Assembly (NCBI GenBank): GCA_041917295.1
Contig: JAYRXX010000006.1
Span: forward strand, 16,876-80,875
DNA length: 64,000 nucleotides
Source of the DNA: Elusimicrobiota bacterium
Lineage (GTDB): Bacteria; Elusimicrobiota; Elusimicrobia; FEN-1173
Reading direction: 5' to 3'
The translations under genes were made by a program, and so were the position numbers. The notes beneath the pieces were generated by a model. It had not been told where the DNA came from. It did no database searches and saw nothing but the letters and a program-made list of their open reading frames with translations. How positions within the stretch are numbered: the first letter of the stretch is position 1; each line of letters starts with the position of its first letter. Positions 20,021 through 29,900 of the stretch are shown here, one piece after another.

Positions 20021-21243
20021 TAACGCATCCTCATCAAGAACAGAAATCCAGCCACAGCCACGTTGGCCAAGGACCATGGTAGAAGAAATTTCCAGCAAAA
20101 CTCCATCAGCCGGTCCACTCTCAGCCGAGGGTAGGTCCACCGAATCAAAATAAAGAGGAACGCCAAAAAGAACGTTTTGCCAAAGAACCACACGTAAGAG
20201 GGAACAAAATTCAAGGAAGGATAAAGAGGGTTTCCCCCTCCCAAAAACAACACCGCGCCCAGGGCGCAGGCCAAGAACATGTAAGCGTACTCAGCCATAA
20301 AGAACATGGCCCATTTCATTCCGGAATATTCCGTGTGGAATCCCGAGGTGAGTTCGGACTCCGCTTCAGCAATATCAAACGGTGTCCGGTTGGTTTCGGC
20401 GATAGACGAAATCAGATAAATGAGAAAGGAAATCTGACCCACAATGGGATAGAAAATAAACCATTTGGGCAGCACCCCAGCCCATGTGCCGGACTGTTTC
20501 ATCATGATTTCACCCAATTGCATCGATCCGGCCCACATTACAACAGGGAGTAAAGAGATGACCCGGGGAATTTCATACGACACCACCTGAGCCGCCGCCC
20601 GTAACCCGCCAAGCATGGAATATTTGTTGTTGGACCCCCACCCGGCCATAAGCAGTCCGATCACCGACAGGCCCGAAACACCCAGGACAAACAACAACCC
20701 CACATCCAACCCCACCGGCGCCAGCCCGGCGTGACCAAGCGGAATGGGCGCAAAACACACCAACGCCGGAGCCACCGCCACGACCGGCGCAACAAAATGA
20801 ACCCATCGGTCCGCTCCGGCGGGAACCAAATCCTCTTTCAAGAGCAACTTTATTCCGTCAGCAATGGTTTGAAGAACGCCGTGAAACCGCCCCACTCGCA
20901 TAGGTCCCAGACGCACTTGAATGTGGGCGGCGATTTTCATTTCCCACCACACTAAGAAAATGGGCAAAACTTGAATTAGGGTCAAAACCACCATGCAGGG
21001 CACCGCGATCAAGATTGCGGAACCGATCCAGGCCGGACCACCCCGTTCAGCGATCCATTGGGTCACGAACCCGTGAACCTGATGGAAGTATTTGTCCGGT
21101 TCCCCAACCAAAATGGTTAGGGCAAACAATGGCAAAAGAAACGCCGCCAAAACCAAAGCGGACACGATGTAGCGTCGCCGAATGGATTCGGCCGACTGAG
21201 CGGCCGTCCAGGGGCCAGTTACGGTCCAGGGACCACGAGCCAT
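20020..21243 (-). CDS. nuoH: NADH-quinone oxidoreductase subunit H (with N-terminal extension)
   Basis: RLGPMRVG, ADGIKLLLKE, AETNRTPFDIAEAESEL..GFHTEYSG. Confidence 0.95.
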   Translation of the reverse strand: MARGPWTVTGPWTAAQSAESIRRRYIVSALVLAAFLLPLFALTILVGEPDKYFHQVHGFVTQWIAERGGPAWIGSAILIAVPCMVVLTLIQVLPIFLVWWEMKIAAHIQVRLGPMRVGRFHGVLQTIADGIKLLLKEDLVPAGADRWVHFVAPVVAVAPALVCFAPIPLGHAGLAPVGLDVGLLFVLGVSGLSVIGLLMAGWGSNNKYSMLGGLRAAAQVVSYEIPRVISLLPVVMWAGSMQLGEIMMKQSGTWAGVLPKWFIFYPIVGQISFLIYLISSIAETNRTPFDIAEAESELTSGFHTEYSGMKWAMFFMAEYAYMFLACALGAVLFLGGGNPLYPSLNFVPSYVWFFGKTFFLAFLFILIRWTYPRLRVDRLMEFCWKFLLPWSLANVAVAGFLFLMRMR

Positions 21244-22430
21244 TAGCGGTCAACCTCGCCCAACACAATATCGATGGATCCCAAAATCGCGACCACGTCG
21301 GCCACTTTCCACCCTTTCAACATATCCTGAAGAACAGCCAGATTGATAAAAGATGGCGCGCGCAAATGCAACCGATAGGGGCTTAACCCCCCGTCCGACA
21401 CAATATAAACGCCCAGCAAACCCCGCGCCCCTTCCAACTGAGCGTATGATTCCCCCGCTGGCGGACGCAAATTGGCTTTCGGGACCTTGCCCATTATTTC
21501 GCCGGGCGCTAAACCATCCAAGGCCTGTTCAATAATGGAGCAGGACTCGGCGATTTCGTCGCGCCGAACCATATACCGGTCCCAGCAGTCCCCGTTTTCC
21601 CGAACAGCCACATTAAATTGAAACTTGGAGTAGATCCCATAAGGAGCGTCCTTGCGGAGGTCCATCGGAACACCGCTGGCGCGCAGGTTGGGCCCCGACA
21701 CGCCATAAGAGAGCGCCAACTCTTTTTTCAAAAGGCCAACCCCTTTGGTCCGATCCATAAAGATCGGGTTGTAACTCAACAAGTCATCGTATTCTTTTAA
21801 ACAATTTTTCATGTGGGCCACAAACTTCTTGGCTTTCTCCACCCATCCCTCTGGGACATCGTTGGAGACCCCGCCGATACGCACATAATTGTAAGTGATT
21901 CGGGCGCCGCACAATTGTTCAAACAGGTCCAAAATCATTTCCCGTTCCCGACCAAAAGCGTACAGGAACGGCGTAAACGCGCCGATGTCAATGCCGAAGG
22001 TTCCGATGAACAACAGGTGCGAGGCAATGCGGTTCAGTTCGCCAGTAATCACGCGCAAATATTCGGCCCGCTGGGGAATTTCCACCTTCAACAACTTTTC
22101 CACGGCCAACGCGTAGGACCAGTTATTGAGCATGGCGCACAAATAGTCGTCGCGATCGGTGAGGATGGTGAATTGGCCGTAGGTGCGGTTTTCCGCCAGC
22201 TTTTCCACGCCGCGGTGAAGGTAACCCAAATCCATGGCCGCGCCGGTCACCACTTCGCCGTCCAATTTGAGAACCACCCGCAACACCCCGTGGGTTGACG
22301 GATGTTGGGGACCCATGTTGAGCAACATTTCCGTTTCCGACACCCGCTCCATTTTCGTTTCAAAGGAAGGGCTCGCCAGCAACGAATCCGCCCGCTCGTT
22401 CACAGTGCCGACAGGAAGCGTATCGTTCAT
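21243..22430 (-). CDS. nuoD: NADH-quinone oxidoreductase subunit D
   Basis: NMGPQHPSTHGVLR, GYLHRGVEK, GSIDIVLGEVDR C-terminus. Confidence 0.96.
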   Translation of the reverse strand: MNDTLPVGTVNERADSLLASPSFETKMERVSETEMLLNMGPQHPSTHGVLRVVLKLDGEVVTGAAMDLGYLHRGVEKLAENRTYGQFTILTDRDDYLCAMLNNWSYALAVEKLLKVEIPQRAEYLRVITGELNRIASHLLFIGTFGIDIGAFTPFLYAFGREREMILDLFEQLCGARITYNYVRIGGVSNDVPEGWVEKAKKFVAHMKNCLKEYDDLLSYNPIFMDRTKGVGLLKKELALSYGVSGPNLRASGVPMDLRKDAPYGIYSKFQFNVAVRENGDCWDRYMVRRDEIAESCSIIEQALDGLAPGEIMGKVPKANLRPPAGESYAQLEGARGLLGVYIVSDGGLSPYRLHLRAPSFINLAVLQDMLKGWKVADVVAILGSIDIVLGEVDR

Positions 22431-22951
22431 TTTGTCACCCCGGCCTTGGGTGTCCCGACCTCACTGCCGTTATCGTATTTGTCGGCAGTGTGAACATAAT
22501 CTTTCCGCAACGGCCAACCAGGATACCCGTCCCACAACAAAATACGTTTGGGGTTCGGATGCCCGTCAAAACCAATGCCAAACAGGTCAAAGGTCTCCCG
22601 TTCTTGCCAATCGGCGGCGGAGTATAGCCCGGACAACGAAGGAAGCGTGGGCCCGCCGTCCCGGGGAAGATCGACTTTCAGAATCAGTTGCTGGGAAGGC
22701 TGAGCCGAGCGAAGAAAATGATAGACCACCTCGAACCGATTTTCTTTCACGTAGTCAACGGCGGTCAAAAAGTTCAAGAAATCAAACCCCAAATTCTGTC
22801 GCAAATGGTTCGCCAGCTCTTTTACCTGGGCGCCCGGGATCTTCACTTGAAGATCGTCAATGGCCCGAACAAACTTGGGATCCGCCGAAACGACCTCAGC
22901 CGCGTCGGAAAACCGTTCCTTAATTTTTTCGAAAAGGGCCGCTTTGTCCAT
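22427..22951 (-). CDS. nuoC: NADH-quinone oxidoreductase subunit C
   Basis: ADWQERETFDLFGI.FDGHP, GWPLRKDY. Confidence 0.95.
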   Translation of the reverse strand: MDKAALFEKIKERFSDAAEVVSADPKFVRAIDDLQVKIPGAQVKELANHLRQNLGFDFLNFLTAVDYVKENRFEVVYHFLRSAQPSQQLILKVDLPRDGGPTLPSLSGLYSAADWQERETFDLFGIGFDGHPNPKRILLWDGYPGWPLRKDYVHTADKYDNGSEVGTPKAGVTK

Positions 22952-23481
22952 TATCCCGCCTTCAATGCCAAAGCGCGTTTTTGGGCCGAAATTTTGTCGA
23001 TTTTATTTTGCAACGCCAAAATGGCATTCAGCAGGGCCTCGGGACGGGGCGGACAGCCGGGGATGTAAACATCCACAGGGATAATACGATCCACCCCTTT
23101 CACCACCGAATAAGAGTCGTAGTAAGGCCCCCCGCAGTTGGAACAAGCGCCCATGGAAATAACAAACCGGGGTTCGGGCATTTGATTGTAGAGTTTTTCA
23201 ATGGCGGGAGCCATTTTTTTTGTTACGGTTCCGGCAATGATCATCAAGTCGGCTTGGCGGGGAGACGGACGCGGAATCACGCCCAAGCGGTTCACATCAA
23301 AGCGAGTGGCATAGGCGGCCATCATTTCAATGGCGCAACAGGCCAATCCAAAAGTCAACGGCCAAATGCTGGACTTGCGCGCCCAATCAATGAAAAAGTC
23401 GACGGTGGTCATACTGATCTCGCCTAGGCCGCCGACCCTATACAAAGTCGAGGGAAGAACTTTGTCTTGAATCACTCCCAT
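22951..23481 (-). CDS. nuoB: NADH-quinone oxidoreductase subunit B
   Basis: [34 protein letters not shown]. Confidence 0.96.
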   Translation of the reverse strand: MGVIQDKVLPSTLYRVGGLGEISMTTVDFFIDWARKSSIWPLTFGLACCAIEMMAAYATRFDVNRLGVIPRPSPRQADLMIIAGTVTKKMAPAIEKLYNQMPEPRFVISMGACSNCGGPYYDSYSVVKGVDRIIPVDVYIPGCPPRPEALLNAILALQNKIDKISAQKRALALKAG

Positions 23482-23825
23482 TTCAACGCTCCGTTACGCC
23501 ACGCGTAGATCAGTCCCACAAACAAGAGGCCCACGAACAACATCACGGCGATAAATCCCTCAACTCCCAAAGAATAAAACCGCACCGCCCAGGGAAAAAC
23601 GAACAACGCTTCGACGTCGAAAACAACGAACAAGAGGGCGAAAACATAAAACCGAATATTGGGTGAAACCCAAGCAACGCCAACAGGCTCCATCCCGCAT
23701 TCGTAAGCGGAGAGGTCCTTTTTAACGCCCCGTTCCCGAACCAAGGACGCGGCAATGAGCAACACGGGAAAGAAAACCGCCGCGATGCCGGCAAAGACAA
23801 GAATGTGAAAGTAGTCGAAGGCCAT
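23472..23825 (-). CDS. nuoA: NADH-quinone oxidoreductase subunit A
   Basis: [30 protein letters not shown]; start at MAFDY (23825). Confidence 0.95.
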   Translation of the reverse strand: MAFDYFHILVFAGIAAVFFPVLLIAASLVRERGVKKDLSAYECGMEPVGVAWVSPNIRFYVFALLFVVFDVEALFVFPWAVRFYSLGVEGFIAVMLFVGLLFVGLIYAWRNGALKWE

Positions 23826-24481
23826 TATTTGACACCTGTGAATAAAGAAACGATACCGCCCCAGAGAGGGCGACACTCAAACTTAGAAAACCCATTAGAA
23901 AGGAAGCAATTTCTTAACACTTCCGTATCCGGCAACGCGTTGATGGACCGTTGCAAATACGAACCCGGCCACTTGTTTCCAAAAAGGACACGCCCGATCA
24001 TAGGCAAAATTGTCCGCCCATAAATTTCATGTCCCCAGCGAAGGATGAAACGGGAAGGGCGGGTTAAATCCAAAAACATCAACCGCCCGCCGGGCTCCAA
24101 CACGCGGGAAAGTTCCAGAAGCCCACCGGTTAAAACACCGCCCATAACAAGATTTCTCAAAACAAAGGCCGACACAACCCAATCGAACGATCCATCTTTG
24201 AACGGAAGCCGATCCACACCGGCCTGAATCCGGGGAAAGGAAGGACCCTGACAACGCCCCGCCTCAATCAACATACCTAAACTGAGATCGACGCCAACCA
24301 CACGAACGTTGGGATAGCGAACCAGGATGTCACGGGCCAAGTCCCCCGTGCCGGTCCCCACATCCAGAACGCGCCGAACTGAAAACAGGCTCTTAACTAA
24401 CTCCGACCGCCAAGACTTGTCCAGTCCGAGACTCGATAGACAGTTAAACAGCCGATAGCGTCGTGCCAACCCCGAAAACAT
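23825..24481 (-). CDS. ubiE: UbiE/MenG-family quinone C-methyltransferase
   Basis: MFSGLARRY, VLDVGTGTGD SAM motif, LPFKDGSFD, LWGGIVSLFTG; adjoins nuoA; the start may lie a few codons upstream. Confidence 0.8.
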   Translation of the reverse strand: MFSGLARRYRLFNCLSSLGLDKSWRSELVKSLFSVRRVLDVGTGTGDLARDILVRYPNVRVVGVDLSLGMLIEAGRCQGPSFPRIQAGVDRLPFKDGSFDWVVSAFVLRNLVMGGVLTGGLLELSRVLEPGGRLMFLDLTRPSRFILRWGHEIYGRTILPMIGRVLFGNKWPGSYLQRSINALPDTEVLRNCFLSNGFSKFECRPLWGGIVSLFTGVK

Positions 24482-24509
24482 CGGCCCAATTGAATAGGCC
24501 GATTTATTT

Positions 24510-24689
24510 TTAGAGATCTTCCGCGCCCAGGGTTTTCTTTTTGCCCTCGGTGGTGACTTTCGAGATAGAGGCGTTCACCAAATCTTCGATTTTTTTTGAC
24601 AACGCGTCGATGTAATCGCCGCCGGTCCGCAGACCCTTGTCTTTCACCGCTTTTTTAATTTTGCTGACCACAACGTAGACTTCTGCCAT
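24510..24689 (-). CDS. Bacterial histone-fold protein (Bd0055-like singlet)
   Basis: MAEVYVVVSKIKKAVKDKGLRTGGDYIDALSKKIEDLVNASISKVTTEGKKKTLGAEDL (59 aa); three-helix pattern, very close to the recalled Bd0055 sequence; GAAGGGG RBS before ATG 24689. Confidence 0.85.
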   Translation of the reverse strand: MAEVYVVVSKIKKAVKDKGLRTGGDYIDALSKKIEDLVNASISKVTTEGKKKTLGAEDL

Positions 24690-24750
24690 AGTTGACCCCT
24701 TCGGTAATGTCAAGAAAGAAAGCGAATTAAACGAATTTCCGAATCCATTG

Positions 24751-25530
24751 TCAATGTGCTGACCGAATTTTTCGGATGGTCTGAGCCCGCCCATGAGGAC
24801 AGTCTTTGCGTCGACGAACGTCCCGTTCGTAGATCTTCATGTTTAAAAAGTCAAACGCCCACAACCGGCTGGCCAGGGATGTGCCTTTCCCCAACAAGAC
24901 CTTCAATCCTTCCGTGGCCATCAACGTTCCCACCGTCCCGGCCACGGACCCAAGGATTCCCGCGTTGGAACAAGATTGGGCCAAGGCCGGATCGGGAGGT
25001 TCCGGAAACAAGCACTCGTAACAGGCTGATTGGCCCGGCAAAACGGTCATAACCTGCCCCTCCCACCGAAGAACCGCGCCCCACACCAAGGGAACCCCCT
25101 GAGCTATGCACGCGGCGTTAACCGCGTAACGGGTCTCAAAATTATCGGACCCATCCAAAACCAAATCGCACCCCGCCAGCAACCGACCGGCGTTGGCCGG
25201 CGTAAAACGAGATTTCTTGGCTACAATTTTCACACCCGGATTGAGCGCCGCCAGCTTGTCGCGTGCCGACTGAACCTTCGCTTTCCCCACATCGGGCGAA
25301 AAATGAAGAATCTGGCGATGAAGGTTGGAGAGGTCCACATTGTCGTTATCCACCAAAACTAAAGTCCCAACCCCTGCCGCCGCCAAATAAAGCGCCGCCG
25401 GCGATCCCAGGCCCCCCGCTCCGACAAGAAGGACCCGCGCCTTCGCCAGTTTTTTTTGCCCCGCCCCCCCCACCTCCGGCAAAATTAACTGCCGCGCGTA
25501 TCGTTCAATGTCTTCTTTGTTTTTTCTCAA
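24751..25530 (-). CDS. moeB: MoeB/ThiF/HesA-family adenylyltransferase (no rhodanese domain)
   Basis: RYARQLILPEVG, VGAGGLGS, SNLHRQ, DGSDNF, CYECLFP, RRKDCP; TTG start. Confidence 0.88.
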   Translation of the reverse strand: MRKNKEDIERYARQLILPEVGGAGQKKLAKARVLLVGAGGLGSPAALYLAAAGVGTLVLVDNDNVDLSNLHRQILHFSPDVGKAKVQSARDKLAALNPGVKIVAKKSRFTPANAGRLLAGCDLVLDGSDNFETRYAVNAACIAQGVPLVWGAVLRWEGQVMTVLPGQSACYECLFPEPPDPALAQSCSNAGILGSVAGTVGTLMATEGLKVLLGKGTSLASRLWAFDFLNMKIYERDVRRRKDCPHGRAQTIRKIRSAH

Positions 25531-25576
25531 GAGAGTGTCATTGTTTTATGAATTTTTTAGTCAACAGTAGAATCTC

Positions 25577-25609
25577 ATTATACGAGGATTATACGAAGTC
25601 TACGTATAA
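25577..25609. repeat. Short repeats in the moeB/fic divergent intergenic region
   Basis: ATTATACGA at 25577 and 25588 (11-bp period) plus an inverted CGTATAA at 25603. Confidence 0.4.
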
Positions 25610-25713
25610 CCGCAATGGGCCCCCCCCCTCCCCGCGGGTCGTCGCGGCGACTCAGGGATCACTCACATATGCCATGTATTGAAAAAAACTTGGCGTTTGT
25701 ATAAAATAATCCC

Positions 25714-26946
25714 ATGTTTCCACACTCTCCCCCATGGCCCAAAGACCAGCTCATTGAACGGCGTTGGGCGCCCGAGAGAGGACGAAGCGATGGGCGCTCC
25801 CTCCGACCTTATCGATATCACGCTTTCCTGCCGCTCCCCATCGCAACAAAGGAATATCCGTTAACCGCGCCCTTGGCTCAGGCCGTGGTTGAAGCCGAAA
25901 GGGCTTGCCTGGAGCTGAACCAAAACCCTCCCATGGCGTCGAACTTGGAAGGGTTGGCACGACACCTCCTGAGAGCGGAATCGGTCGCTTCATCGCGAAT
26001 TGAGGGACTGATTTTGTCCCACCGACGTCTGGCCCGAGCCTTCCTTTCTGAAAAACATCGAGACTTAAACGCCCAGTCGGTGGTCGCCAATGTTTTGGCG
26101 ACAGAGAAAGCCATTGCCCTGGCCACCCAAAATGAGGATGTTTCCTTGGAAACCATTTTAACAATCCATCGGACCCTCCTTGAGGGGACCCGGGAGGAGC
26201 GATTTGCAGGGATCGTACGACAGGGACAAAACTGGATCGGTGGCCGTGCCGACGGCCCCCTGGGAGCGGACTTTGTCCCTCCGCCGGAGGACAAGCTCCC
26301 TGAAGCGCTCAAGGATTTATGCGCATTTATGAACCGCACAGACCTTCCGGCCAGTCTTCAGGCCGCTGTCGCGCACGCGCAATTCGAAACATTGCATCCT
26401 TTTATTGACGGCAATGGCCGTGTGGGCCGAGCGCTGATCCATTTGGTCCTTCGCCGCCGCAGGCTCGCCGCTCGCTATGTTCCACCGGTTTCTTTGGCGC
26501 TGGCCGGGCGGGCAGATCGTTACGTTCATGGTCTCACAGCTTATCGATTGGGCCACGAAGAATCCTGGTTTCTTCTTTTTTGCGACGCCCTCTCATCCTC
26601 CGCTGGGCGGTCACGAACTTTTGCCGACGACATTCTCCATCTCCAACAGACGTGGAGCGAAAAGGCGGGCCATCCAAGGCCCCACTCCGCCCCAAAAAAA
26701 TTGATCGACCGGCTTCCCGCTTATCCGGTCATAGATATCCAGACCGCTCAATCGGTGACAGGACTCGAACGGGAAGCATGCCGGTTGGCGGTTCTCCGCC
26801 TAGAAAAAGCGAACATCCTGCGGGAAATCACCCTTTCTCGACGAAATCGCGCGTGGGAAACCGTCGGCCTTTTTGACCTTTTGGACCGCTTTGAGCGCAC
26901 CCTGGGCCCGCACTCCCGCACGCCCCCGCCCACACGGCATGAGTGA
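25714..26946 (+). CDS. Fic family protein (class II-like, N-terminal inhibitory helix)
   Basis: Canonical HPFIDGNGRVGR; SSRIEG fits the (S/T)xxxE(G/N) inhibitory motif; C-terminal HTH-like region. Confidence 0.92.
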   Translation: MFPHSPPWPKDQLIERRWAPERGRSDGRSLRPYRYHAFLPLPIATKEYPLTAPLAQAVVEAERACLELNQNPPMASNLEGLARHLLRAESVASSRIEGLILSHRRLARAFLSEKHRDLNAQSVVANVLATEKAIALATQNEDVSLETILTIHRTLLEGTREERFAGIVRQGQNWIGGRADGPLGADFVPPPEDKLPEALKDLCAFMNRTDLPASLQAAVAHAQFETLHPFIDGNGRVGRALIHLVLRRRRLAARYVPPVSLALAGRADRYVHGLTAYRLGHEESWFLLFCDALSSSAGRSRTFADDILHLQQTWSEKAGHPRPHSAPKKLIDRLPAYPVIDIQTAQSVTGLEREACRLAVLRLEKANILREITLSRRNRAWETVGLFDLLDRFERTLGPHSRTPPPTRHE

Positions 26947-26987
26947 ACCGAACAGTTGTGCAAAAAGGGTGATTTTAAGAACCCTCT

Positions 26988-29900
26988 TTAAGCATTTGAT
27001 GCCAGATGTCTAAGAAAACGCAGGAAGGTTTCCACAACCTCCGTCAAAGTCAGCGCGTTCATTAATGCCGTTCGGAGTTTGGAATCAGGGTTGAGCGCCT
27101 CCACGGCCGTTCGGTTTATGCCCACATTCTCCCCCACCGTGGCCACAATGCCGTTGGCTTTCGCCAAGAAGGGGGCCATTTTATTGTCCAGATCCACGAG
27201 GACTTCCTTCGACCACCCATGATCCTGAATATCCACCGAGAAAACCGCCCCCCCCCGCGCCTCAAACATATCGATCATGGTTTTAAATTTGATTCTTTGA
27301 CTTTCCGAAACCACAAGAGCAACAGAGAACCCGCTCGATGTTTTCCCCTCCCGTTCGATCAAACCTTGAAGGGTTTGAAGTTCCTGTTCCTGGGAATTCC
27401 CCAAAATGTGCACATGCGCGATCGGTTGTCCCGTGGCGGCCATGACCAGCGCTGAAAGTAAATTCAAGGATGACCCGGAAACATTTTCTTGAGCGATGGC
27501 CGTTTGAACAACACCCAAAAATCCCATACGAAATTCTTTGTCCGTTTTTAATCGAGACAGGGTTTTTGTCAGCCACTCGGGCAATGAGTTCCCGTTCCCA
27601 ACAATCTCCTCCGTATGCCCATTGTGAATCCCCGGCATCACCACCTCAAAAGCGCCCTGAACATGGGACAATTGTTTGATCAATTTCCAAGCCGCTTCTT
27701 GCCCCTCCTTTCGCAGATTTTCTTTGTCAAAGGAATGGTGTAAAAGCCCCGCTAACGCCCAAACCGCGCCCCCAGCCAGAACACCAAATTCCGGAATGCC
27801 CAACAACGGAACCGCCCCCAACAAATATGGCGTCACCGAAATTAAAACCCCATAAATCACGCCCATTAACAACGCCTGCACCACCCCCACCTTCACTTTC
27901 GTCACCGGCGCCAAGGATTCAGGAATAAAGTGGGACCCGAAAAACAATATCCCATAAACCAACCCCGCCACCGGAGCCATCAACCATCCAAACGCAGTCC
28001 CCGCGAAAGCGAGGGTCCCCATAAAACCCCAGAAAGCGACCTTAGCACTAAAACTCCACTCGATCAACGCCGCAAACCGCTTGTAAGCCGCCCCAAACCG
28101 CTCGCTTCCCTGTTTAGGATCCACCTTTGACCCCATCCACTCTGCGAATTTAAGTCCCCAAAGGCTTGTTCCGCGCCCGGATTCTGGATCGAGCGGTTTT
28201 TTAATGTTGGCACCCTTTAAGAAAATTTCACGGAGGCTGTCATTAACCTCGTAAAGCGGAGAAAAAAAATCATCGCTTTTTGCGTAAACCCCTTTTAAGG
28301 TTTCAACCGCATTATACTTCAGGCCGGCCACAAATCTAAAACGGTGAAACAATGTTATTTCGAACTCGGTTGGCCGGTGACTACGCATAACAAGCCTCGG
28401 AATATCCCTTTCAACAAGAGTTTTTGTCCTTTCAACAAACAATTTTTTTACACGATCCACATCAGCTGGCGTGATACTGGGGTCACGAACAAGAACAGAT
28501 GGGCCTTGGGGCTTTCCGAGCGGTTTTTCCACGGGACTCGTTTCGTTAGCAACGCTTATTCCCATGTTCGCCAAATCCGTCGTTGGTTCCAGATAAGCTT
28601 TCGCACTACTTTGTGCCACAATAACAGATGTTCCCGGTTTCGCCGAATCTGTCACCGGTTTAGACCCATTTGTATTTCTTATCGTTGCCACAATAACAAG
28701 GGGTTGCTTATTCGCTTCTGTTGCACCGTCACGCTTTGCTCTATATTCGTAACGAAACTCAATGTTATTTACAAACTCCGAAAGATACCCTAATTGGTTC
28801 AATACGGCATCCTTTGGATTAGGCACATATGTTAAACGTTCCTGATGATTGTGTATCATCCACTGGATAACCGTTGCTATCCGCAGTTCATTAGGATCCG
28901 CAAATCCCAAGTCCCTCTGGACAGGAAGCGACTTAAAGCTTTCATAAAAAGACGCCAACCTTTCACCGGCTCGATGAACTTCGATGTCGCCATCAATATC
29001 TTTATAATTGGTTGCAAGTCTATCTATTCTGTAATCCTGTTTATAATAACGAGCCCTGTATTTTTGGCCCTCAGTAAAGACAAGAACTTGTTCAGTGTCA
29101 AAAGATAGGTCTCCGATATGCCTCACATATTGGTATTGCGGAATAGGAATTAAAATAAGCAATCCCACAATAAATGACAGAATGATGGCAATTGAGCCAT
29201 ATAATGCGAGTTTCATTATATTGTTTAATTTGATCCGCGCGTCTGGGAATGCGGGAACAAATTTCACAGATCTAAGATTGATTAGTAACTTTGCGAAAGA
29301 CTTTGAAATCACATTTCCAAAATACCGTTCAAATAAATAATTAAACCTGGAATAGAAAAACCCAAAAATAAATGGAAGCAGGGAAAAAATCAATCCTTGT
29401 TGAGGGAATAAAAAACACAAGTGTACCCAAAGTGATAAAAGGAATGAAATCCGCAACCAGTTAATTGATACTGTTTCAAAAACATCATTAAACACCGGTT
29501 TATTAAAATCTACGCCTAAATAAGAACTCAATCTTTTTTTTACGTCGGCTAATTCTTCTCGCTTATTCATTTCCTGTGGATACAACAAACAGACTCGAAT
29601 TAATTCGGCATAATGTTCCATAGAATGTGTTAACGAATATGCACTAACAAACATTCCGGATTTGTTTTGTTGAGGTGTGTGCAGATATCCTGGTATCAAT
29701 TTTGACAATATTTCGTCAATTATTGTTGGATTATCCTTAATCTCCCATGCTAAATCCTCAATATAATGTAGAGAGTCAGGATTACTATGATGAAGTGCGT
29801 GCCCAATCTCATGGGCAAAAACGTTTCTAAAACGTCCACGCCAGGGAGAAACTCGAACAATCAAATGACCATCGTAACTGAAACTACCCCCGAAACGAAA

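Noticed and set aside
24690-24794. N-terminal extension of the histone ORF (94-aa track call)
   Set aside because: It overlaps the moeB 3' end; the RBS and family similarity both begin at ATG 24689.
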